From assembly GCA_016196885.1 (NCBI GenBank), contig JACPWU010000003.1:30001-62000 (forward strand): a DNA stretch of 32,000 nt, read 5' to 3'. This DNA comes from Chlamydiota bacterium (GTDB lineage: Bacteria; Auribacterota; JACPWU01). This document shows, piece after piece, positions 12,929 through 20,900 of the stretch. The position numbers were made by a program, and so were the translations under genes. Numbering within the stretch: position 1 is the first letter of the stretch; each line of letters starts with the position of its first letter. The notes beneath the pieces were generated by a model, which saw only the letters and a list, made by a program, of their open reading frames with translations, ran no database searches and had not been told where the DNA came from.

Positions 12929-15900
12929 GTGATGAGTATGGATTTATCCTCTGAAACAAATGCTAAAAATTTTAAGGGTGTTTATGCCCTTTTGCCAGGG
13001 TTCTTTTTTTTTCTTTTTCTCTCCTTTTCTTCCCATTCTCTCTTTGCCTCTTTTGTAGATTCCGATTCTGACCGCATGGACGATGCATGGGAAGGTGCGC
13101 ATGGCCTTAATCCAAGCGATGCATCCGATGGAACAGTAGATTCAGATGGGGATGGGATCATGAATGATGAAGAGTATTTTACCAACCACGATCCCCATGC
13201 CCCCGATCCAACTCTGAGTGACTCAGAGTTGGTGGATCTTGCCGCGAGAAAGGCCTTTCTTTATTTCTGGGAGCAGGCGAAGGTTCCAAGCACGGGTGGA
13301 GTGACAGAGCCTATTTTGATTCCAGATCACTCTGATTTTAATGGGGGGAGTCCCGCTACCTATTACAGCATTGCGGCGATTGGATTTGGTTTAGCTGCAA
13401 TGGTTGTGGCCGATGACCGTGACTGGATAGATCATGTTTCTGCGTATAACCGAATTGATGCGACTTTAAAATTTTTTAGGAGTTTACAGACCAGCACAGA
13501 TGATCAGAAGGTCAAGCATGGTTATTTCTATCACTCTTATGATGTGAATGGAATTCGAACGTCTGGGAGTGAACTTTCAACGATGGATCATGCCATTTTT
13601 GTGGCGGGGGCTCTCTTAGCGGGCCAATATTATCGTGGGACTGAAATAAAGGATTTGGCTGACGAAATTTATTCTTCAACCGAGTGGAATTGGGCCTGGG
13701 ATGGGTCTTTTTTATATAGGGGCTGGGTCGAGGATGGCGGCCCTGTGGAAGGCGGAAGTTGGGTGGGAGGTAGCGCGAAATGGGACAGTTATGCCCAAGA
13801 GATTATTCTTCTTAACTTGGCCATTGGAAACCAAGGGGCGTATAACATTCCGCAAGTCGCTTGGTCTAACATTGCCCGACCTTTGGAACAATATGGTTCT
13901 TTTCCTTCTTATATTCATGTGGGGTCTCTTTATGCCCACCAGTATTCCCATCTTTTTTTGGATTTGAAGAGTCGGCCCGATGCCTTGGGCTATGATTATT
14001 TTGAAAATTCAAGAGTGGCCACAGAGGTCAATCGGCAGTTTGCGATAGATTTGAATTTAAAGGATCCTTTGAAATATGAAACTTATGGGGAAAATGTGTG
14101 GGGGCTTTCTGCAGCGAATGCCTCGAAGGGGTACCAATCTTTGGAGCCCATTCTTTCGACAGAGGATGAGGCTGTGATTGAGGCGTACAATGATTCTGGA
14201 ACGGTTGCGCCTTTTGCCCCCCTGGGTTCTTTACCTTTTACTCCAGAAGAGTCTCTCGGGGCATTGAGAGAAATGTATGAGAATCGAAATTCTTTCTTGA
14301 GTGCTCAGACAATTTGGGGACGTCACGGTTTTTTGAATGCATTTAATACCGGCACAGCTTCAGGAGGACAGAAACCCTATTTTAGCACGCAGGTGATAGG
14401 AATTGATTTGGGCCCGATTGTAGGAATGGCGGAAGATTACAGAACGGGTCTTTTGTGGAAATATTTTTTTAGATCGGCGATTGCCGAGTCGGGCATGGCC
14501 AACATGGGGTTCAGTACCGAGCCGGTCGAACCCCATGTTTTAAATTTTGACAGCGGGTCGGATCCCAACGATTTTGGGGGAGATTCGGGGGGGATTGGGG
14601 GGGGCGATGTTTCTTATGTGACGGATACGCCCGATGGATCGGAATTCTCTGCCCAGGTGAGTGGTTCAAATATCGGAGATGGGGCTTTCATGGGGCTTGC
14701 GGGGCATTCCATTCATCCCTGGGATGGATTTTCAATTTGGGTGAGGGCTTTGTCCGAGGGGGGGTCTTTAGAAGTCGGACTCAAAGATACAGATGGAAAT
14801 CAGTGGACGGTGTCGCTTGCAAGTTATCATCCTCAAGGGGCACTCACACAATCTTGGACGCAAGTGAAAATTCCTTTGGAGCCTTTTGTGGAGGCGGGGG
14901 TACGACTCACCCGTTTGGATGAAATCTTTTTTGTGTTTACTTCTAGTGGCGGCGTTATCCAAGTGGACGATGTTGGATTTTTGGAAGATGTATTTTCCCC
15001 GGATTCCCCACAAGATTTTAAGGCTCAATTTGTGACTCCCGATCGAGTCGAACTTTCTTGGCAAGAAAGTCCTTCTAAGGATGTGGTGGGTTATAAAATT
15101 TATCGCAAAAAGAGTTCTGGAAATTTTGAGGAATTAACGGCCAATGAGAATGGCTATGTTTATTTAGGAACTTCTTATACAGATACTGCGATTGATCCCT
15201 CTCAACAATACACCTATCGCGTGATCGCCCTTGACAATTCTCAAGATTCAGATGATTCGGATGATGGCTTGGAAAGTGAGCCAGCTGAAGATCAAGCCTA
15301 TACCTCAGATAAAGATGGGGATGGTTTGGATGATCAGGAGGAGGCAACTTTGGGGACTGATCCGAATAATTCCGACAGCGATGGAGATGGCGTGAGTGAT
15401 GGAGAGGAAGTGAATCAGAATGGGACGAATCCAAAAGACGCGGATACAGATGACGATGGTTTCACCGATGGCCAGGAGGCCTCGACAAATTCTGACCCTA
15501 AAGATCCAGAGAGCCAGCCAACCCAGATCACGATTACAGCGGATAACCGTTATGTCTTGTATGTGAATGGGGTCAAGGTGGGTGAGGATGACAATTGGAG
15601 TACGGTGGAAAAGTATGTTGTAGATTTGAAGCCGGGAGGAAATGTAGCGATTGAGGCGATAGACTCAGGGGGAATCGCAGGTTTGGCAGTGAATATTTCC
15701 AATGGGACTCAAGTGCAGGTTTCGAATTTTATTTGGCAATGTTCGCTTCAAGCTTCTTCAGGATGGGAGACCGAGGGCTTTGATCATTCGAGCTGGGTGG
15801 GGGCCACAGAACATTTTCAGGTGGGAGGAGGACCGTGGGGAAGGATGGACAGTTTCAATTCTAAGACCCGGTGGATTTGGTCATCGGATGCCTTAAAGGA

Positions 15901-17803
15901 TGATCGTGTTTGTTTCTGGACAACGTATGATCCAACTTTAAATGGTTTGATTAAGGTGACGGCCGATAATGCTTTTCGTTTGTATCTGAATGGGACTGAA
16001 ATGACAGAAGGAGATGATTGGTCAAAAGTTAAGTTTGTACAGGCTGTTCTGACGCCGGGAGATATTCTTGGGATTGACGCTTGGGATCAAGGAGGGGTGG
16101 CATCTCTGATTGCTGAAGTAGATATCATGGACAGCAATGGGGAAAAACAGTTTTTCACGACCGATACAACCTGGACGCTTTCAACTTCTGAAATGAGTGG
16201 TTGGGAGACACAGGATTTCGATGATTCTAGCTGGTCCGGTGCGACGGTGATCGCACAAAAGGGGGATCCTCCTTGGGGAAATTCAGGGACCTTATCGTCT
16301 ATTGATTCTTCGGCAAAATGGATTTGGGGCCAGGATTCTCAAGGAATCAATGAGGTATGGATTCGAAAGGAGATTCCCAACGCCATCTTCACTTTGACCG
16401 TAGATAATTCTTTTGAGCTTTACCAAAACGGGGTTTATTTGCTTTCCAATTCTGATTGGAGTCATCCCCAAAGTGTAGGGGTTTATCTTCAAGAAGGGGA
16501 TGTGCTTGCGGTCAAAGGAGTGGATGCTGGGGGGATCGCTGGTTTTTTGGGATCGGTGGCATTTCTGGATGGTTCAAGTTCCATTCTCACCAATTCCAGT
16601 TGGAAGGCATCTTTGGGACCCTACAATGATCCTTCGTGGACCCAGGCGAGTTTCGACGATTCTTCTTGGGGCTATTCCATTTCTATGGGAGCCAATGGAA
16701 TTGCCCCTTGGGGGACCGTGGAACACATTGACGGGAGTGCACAGTGGATTTGGGGGAACGATCCTGTGAATCAAGACCAAGCCTATTTTAGATTTGTGGT
16801 GGGTGCTACGAATACTTCAGACGTTACGACGCTTAAGATCACGGCGGACAATGCCTTTGAGTTCTATCACAATGGGGTTCTGGTTGCGACGGGAAGTGAT
16901 TGGACAAAGGCCGTTCTTTTGTCTCTCAAATTGAGTGCAGGAGATACCTTGGCCTTCAAATGTCTTGATTATGGCGGGAAGGCAGGTTTTTTGGTGGAGG
17001 GGGTACAAGGAGGAAAGCGATTTATTTCCAACAGTGATGACTGGAAGGTTTCGACTCAGGAAATAAACGGTTGGAATCAAAAGGGCTATGATGCCTCTGA
17101 TTGGACGCCTGCCTCAAATTATGGCTATTATGGGGCGAGTCCCTGGTTTAAAAATGTGGTTAATTTTACGGCCGAGGACGCCAATTGGCTATGGTCTAGT
17201 CACAATGTGACCAACGGGCCTATTGATCCTGTGATTTATATGACAAGGCTTGTGATGGGGTTTGAGGCCAATGTTTTTAATACAGACGATGGAAGTTCTG
17301 CAGATGGGATCAATTTTAGAGCGCTGTCTTTAGGGATGGTCAATTCGGGCCAAGCCGTGGAAATTAAATTTGCAGGACATTATCACTATGACGGCCTTCC
17401 TCATCAGGTCATTAATCTTCATACGGAAAATGAAGATGGGCGAGATGGCTTGGTCGGGGTGAGTGACTCACAAGCGCATATTCCTGTTTTTTGGGTTGTG
17501 ACTCCGCAAAGGGTGAGTGATGCCGAAGACACGGATCAAGACGGAGTCGCAAACAATTATGACTTCAGTGGGGATCCCTCTGAAGAGGCCTATTTGATAG
17601 ATGTCACAAATCCTGATCTCTACAGCTATGGGAATGCCGCCTATAAGCTAGACGGATTCCATGGGAATTTAGCGAATTTTGGGGGATCGTCTCGGACTGC
17701 AGATGAAGGTAAAATTTATCTCTATTTCGGAGCTGATTTTTCATATGCGAAGGCTCAAAAGTATAAAACCACCCTCTACGTGGACATGGTGACCCTGTCT
17801 TAA
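12929..17803 (+). CDS. 1624-aa secreted multidomain protein; candidate two-part adhesin
   Basis: Domain order: TSP3-like acidic repeats, (alpha/alpha)6 glycoside-hydrolase-like domain, beta-sandwich CBM-like domain, FN3, TSP3 repeats, four jelly-roll repeats, then a C-terminal module shared with the two small paralogues. The ORF is in the track (GTG 12929 / ATG 12932). Hydrophobic N-terminus: YALLPGFFFFLFLSFSSHSLFASF. Domains were read from the translation (see the sub-features). The antisense ORFs are short. Confidence 0.9.
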   Translation: MMSMDLSSETNAKNFKGVYALLPGFFFFLFLSFSSHSLFASFVDSDSDRMDDAWEGAHGLNPSDASDGTVDSDGDGIMNDEEYFTNHDPHAPDPTLSDSELVDLAARKAFLYFWEQAKVPSTGGVTEPILIPDHSDFNGGSPATYYSIAAIGFGLAAMVVADDRDWIDHVSAYNRIDATLKFFRSLQTSTDDQKVKHGYFYHSYDVNGIRTSGSELSTMDHAIFVAGALLAGQYYRGTEIKDLADEIYSSTEWNWAWDGSFLYRGWVEDGGPVEGGSWVGGSAKWDSYAQEIILLNLAIGNQGAYNIPQVAWSNIARPLEQYGSFPSYIHVGSLYAHQYSHLFLDLKSRPDALGYDYFENSRVATEVNRQFAIDLNLKDPLKYETYGENVWGLSAANASKGYQSLEPILSTEDEAVIEAYNDSGTVAPFAPLGSLPFTPEESLGALREMYENRNSFLSAQTIWGRHGFLNAFNTGTASGGQKPYFSTQVIGIDLGPIVGMAEDYRTGLLWKYFFRSAIAESGMANMGFSTEPVEPHVLNFDSGSDPNDFGGDSGGIGGGDVSYVTDTPDGSEFSAQVSGSNIGDGAFMGLAGHSIHPWDGFSIWVRALSEGGSLEVGLKDTDGNQWTVSLASYHPQGALTQSWTQVKIPLEPFVEAGVRLTRLDEIFFVFTSSGGVIQVDDVGFLEDVFSPDSPQDFKAQFVTPDRVELSWQESPSKDVVGYKIYRKKSSGNFEELTANENGYVYLGTSYTDTAIDPSQQYTYRVIALDNSQDSDDSDDGLESEPAEDQAYTSDKDGDGLDDQEEATLGTDPNNSDSDGDGVSDGEEVNQNGTNPKDADTDDDGFTDGQEASTNSDPKDPESQPTQITITADNRYVLYVNGVKVGEDDNWSTVEKYVVDLKPGGNVAIEAIDSGGIAGLAVNISNGTQVQVSNFIWQCSLQASSGWETEGFDHSSWVGATEHFQVGGGPWGRMDSFNSKTRWIWSSDALKDDRVCFWTTYDPTLNGLIKVTADNAFRLYLNGTEMTEGDDWSKVKFVQAVLTPGDILGIDAWDQGGVASLIAEVDIMDSNGEKQFFTTDTTWTLSTSEMSGWETQDFDDSSWSGATVIAQKGDPPWGNSGTLSSIDSSAKWIWGQDSQGINEVWIRKEIPNAIFTLTVDNSFELYQNGVYLLSNSDWSHPQSVGVYLQEGDVLAVKGVDAGGIAGFLGSVAFLDGSSSILTNSSWKASLGPYNDPSWTQASFDDSSWGYSISMGANGIAPWGTVEHIDGSAQWIWGNDPVNQDQAYFRFVVGATNTSDVTTLKITADNAFEFYHNGVLVATGSDWTKAVLLSLKLSAGDTLAFKCLDYGGKAGFLVEGVQGGKRFISNSDDWKVSTQEINGWNQKGYDASDWTPASNYGYYGASPWFKNVVNFTAEDANWLWSSHNVTNGPIDPVIYMTRLVMGFEANVFNTDDGSSADGINFRALSLGMVNSGQAVEIKFAGHYHYDGLPHQVINLHTENEDGRDGLVGVSDSQAHIPVFWVVTPQRVSDAEDTDQDGVANNYDFSGDPSEEAYLIDVTNPDLYSYGNAAYKLDGFHGNLANFGGSSRTADEGKIYLYFGADFSYAKAQKYKTTLYVDMVTLS
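13229..14515 (+). other. (alpha/alpha)6-barrel glycoside-hydrolase-like domain of the putative-glucoamylase / beta-1,2-glucanase (GH144-like) type
   Basis: AARKAFLYFWEQA, YYSIAAIGFGLAAMVVA, HGYFYHSYDVNG, LSTMDHAIFVAGALLAGQYY, YAHQYSHLFLDL, WGRHGFLNAFN and QVIGIDLGPIVGMAEDYRTGLLWKYF. The last block resembles the iDqGp...miEN.r.G..W signature I associate with this family. Assigned from memory; not searched. Confidence 0.5.
14995..15241 (+). other. Fibronectin type III domain
   Basis: SPDSPQDFKAQFVTPDRVELSWQESPSKDVVGYKIYRKK ... TSYTDTAIDPSQQYTYRVIALDNS shows the classic FN3 W, Y.(I/V).R and Y.Y.V pattern. Confidence 0.75.
15526..17262 (+). repeat. Four tandem ~140-148-aa domain repeats (galactose-binding-like / jelly-roll type by motif)
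   Basis: Units start near 15526 (ITITADNRYVLYVNG), 15947 (LIKVTADNAFRLYLNG), 16384 (IFTLTVDNSFELYQNG) and 16827 (TLKITADNAFEFYHNG). Each continues with DW ... D.GG(I/V)AG ... W ... GW(E/N).(Q/E).(F/Y)D.S.W..A ... PWG ... W(I/L)W. Confidence 0.85.
17262..17800 (+). other. C-terminal module homologous to the two small secreted paralogues
   Basis: GQAVEIKFAGHYHY aligns with IKVTFNDNN / IIVSFDDNN. IPVFWVVTP aligns with VPAFWHIAE. EAYLIDVTNPDLYSYGNAAYKLDGF aligns with VEGYVTDIH...SYANMAFAILGQ. KIYLYFGADFSYAKAQKYKTTLYVDMVTLS aligns with FQVTVGADYRGFPAQNYEGTLNVEIYTEL. Aligned by eye. Confidence 0.55.
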
Positions 17804-17949
17804 GATATCTCTTTCTATCATAACCAAATCTCTTCCAATAGGTTAAATTCATTAAAAATCCTTCAAATAAATCATTTCTTTTTTGACCTTTTTCACCTCT
17901 GAAATGTCCTTATTTGTGAGTACTTTAAATCAGGTACTTATAGGCACTT

Positions 17950-20900
17950 ATGATAAATTCTTCACCTAAAAGGACCAGAGGGTTCCACCTCGGGTTGAAG
18001 TGTGTTTCCACACTGACCCTGATGGCCTTCTTTTTTACCTCCGTATGTGAAACTTCCCTTTTTGCGCAAGAAGGGTTGAAAGTTGGAAGTTGGAAGTTGG
18101 AAGGAAAGGAAAATAAATCCCCTCAGGTTTTTTCTTCCAACCTCAAACCTCCCACTTCCAACTTGCTTTCAAGCGTCTCTATTCCCTCCGTCAGAGGAGA
18201 TGTCCTTCAGCGTTTTCAAGGTAAAGACGATCGTTTGGTGATTCAACTTCAAGACGTGCATTGCCATTTCGAGGCGCAGTCTAATTCGGCCAAGATTATC
18301 AAAGGGTTAATGGATGAACATGGATCCCATGGGCTTCACATGGTGGCAGTCGAAGCAGCAGGCGAGCCTGTGGACACTTCTCTTTTGACTTCTTTCCCGG
18401 ATCCCAAACTCCGAAAAATGTTTGCCGATTATCTCATGAAAATCGGAAAAATTTCTGGAGCTGAATATCTTTCAATCATTCAAGACAAGCCCCTTCCCCT
18501 CGAGGGAATCGAGAACATGTGGAATTATTTTCGACATGTTGTGCAGTTTAATCAGGGTCAGGTGGTGAAGGAAAAGGCGGAACCGATTTTAAATAAAATT
18601 CAAAAGGCGATTTTAGAATTGCGTAAAAAAGTTTATTCCGCAGAGATGAGGAAGTTTCTGAATCAGTCTGAGGCTTATGAAAAGGGAGATATGGAGTTGG
18701 GGGAGTATATAAAACAGTTAAAAGTTGAAAGTTCGAAGTTGAAAGAAAAAGATAAAAACTCCTTGTCATCTTCCAACATCCAACTTTCAACATCCAACAT
18801 TCCTTCCTCCTCCAGCTATCCCAACATTTCTCTCATGCTCCAGATGAAGAAACTAGAGGACAAAATAGATCTCAAGCAAGTTGAAAAAGAAAGAGTCAAA
18901 CTTTTAGAAGATTTAAGCCACAAACTCGTCAAAGAAGAGATGGTGGAGCTGATGACGAAGAGTTTGTACTACAGACTCGAGAAGATGGATGCGTGGGAAT
19001 ATTATGAATATTTAAAGACTGTCGTGAGTCGTGAGTCGTTAGGGGTGAGGGGTCAGAATTCAACGTTAGAGAAAACTTATCCTAACCTTATGAAATACAT
19101 CGAAATGACAGAAATATTTCACGAGATCAAGAGTGATGAGCTTTTGAAGGAGTGTGAAAAGATATCGGAGGAAGTACAAGATAAGTTGTTAAAGACCAAA
19201 GAAGAAAAGGCGCTCAGGCAAATCGAAAAAGACTTTATTATTTTGAGAAACTTTTTTGAATTGGAGATGAAGAAGAGCGAGTTTCAGTATTATGTGGAGA
19301 ATAAGGAGAGGGTTTCGGCTGAGAATATAGTGGAAGGCTTAGAGAAGTTGGAGGGTCAAGGGTCAAGGGTCAAGGGTCAGGATAACTCCCCTCGGTCCCC
19401 TCTTAATTTAAGAGGGGAGGAAAAACAAAAACAAGAGAGAGAGCAAGTAGAGAGTTCCTCCCCTATTTTAAAAGCGGGGGAAAAGCAAAGGCAGGTAACG
19501 TTCTCTCCCCTTAGTTTAAGGGGAGATGGAGGGGTTACAAATGACGACATCACCTTCCTTGACTCTCATCTCAAATCCCTCGAACAATTCTATCGCTACT
19601 CAGACAATCGTGAAGAGGCGATGGTCCAGAACACGCTCCGGAAAATGAAAGAGAACAAGAGTCCGATTGCGATTTTGTATGCAGGAGGATTTCACACTGA
19701 TGGACTGAGCAAGCGTTTGGAGCAAGAAGGAGTGTCTTACGTCGTAGTTGCTCCGCGCATCACTCAATTCAAACTTAAGACCCCGTATTTATCCATTATC
19801 AAGAATGAGCCTTCGAAATTAGAGAAAATGTTGATGGATTTGAATAAAAAAGAAGGGTCCAACCTGGCTGCGATTTTGATTAGCATGAAGCCGGAGGAAT
19901 TAGAAAAAATTATTTCAGATTTTCAGCTTGCTGACACTGACCTCGTCACTGTTTGGATTCGCGATACGATTCGTTTGCTTCGTACTGATAGAACCATGGC
20001 TCTTTTGATTTTAAAAACCTTGATGCTAAAAGATCAGTTAAAAAATTTAAGTGCCTTGGCTCATGTGGGTGACAAGATTCAGGATTTGGAGAAAAGCTGG
20101 TTAAATGAATTCAAGAGGCTTTCGGGAGAAAATAATTTTAATTCAGAAGAAGTTGAAGTCATTGAATTTAAATTGGATCGAGATGTTGTGGTGAATGGCA
20201 ATACAATCACCCTTCAAGTTTTGATCAGTGGCAAACAATCTTTGACCGTGACTCTAAATGTTCATGAAGGCATCGAACAAATGATGAATCGTATCGAAGA
20301 TGCTTTTAAGCCTGTGGCTCTAATACCTCCGGCTTCAGGAGAAAAGGGGGAAGTAAAAAAGTCAGGAGTGCCGCCATGGGTAAAAGCAGTATTTTCTTTT
20401 TTTCTTGTTTTTTTAACTAAATCGCTTTCTGCGGCTCCGAGTGTTTTTGTCAAAGCCCCTCTTTTTGATCCAGGAATGGATTTGGTTGCCTTGCACAGTC
20501 ATTTTGCGATTTGGGGTTCGATGTGGACGTATGCAGCGGTCATTGCGATCCCGCTCGGATTGGTTTTTATGTTTTGGGCCTTGGGCAAGATTAAGTCTCG
20601 ATGGGTGGAGGCAAGAATAAGAGCGATTGTGGAAGAGGTGGAGCAACCGCAACTTCTTTCAGAAACGATTTCTTCAGGAACAGTTTCTTCCCGAGTTCAT
20701 CTTTTTGATTTTGAATTCGCTTCAGATATTCCTCAATCTGAAAGAGAGCGTGCCTCAGCATTTTTTCAGGATGTTCTAGGTGATGAGCTTCAAATGTGGG
20801 AAAGAAATTTGCTCCGTCAATATCCAGTTTTAGATTCAAGGGAATTGAGATTTCATGTTCGATTTGTAAATGAAACTCCATCTGAAAAATGGGCTCTGAA

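Larger units (their letters stand above)
18193..19770 (+). other. ChaN/TraB/GumN/Tiki-superfamily-like domain, split by low-complexity insertions (domain of the giant ORF)
   Basis: N-terminal half: DRLVIQLQDVHCHFEAQSNSAKIIKGLMDEHGSHGLHMVAVEAAGE (pattern (G/D).H....q......l......l.l.vE). C-terminal half: SPIAILYAGGFHTDGLSKRLEQEGVSYVVVAPR (pattern hhhhh.G..H..gl...L...G). Assigned by eye. Confidence 0.4.

Noticed and set aside
12702-12959. ORFs 12702-12959 (-), 12744-12932 (+), 12514-12783 (-) and 12569-12754 (-)
   Set aside because: They lie in the repeat-filled spacer. The internally duplicated peptides (ARFIGQPSFVVARFIGQP, GLPDESGDYK x2) simply mirror the hairpin units.
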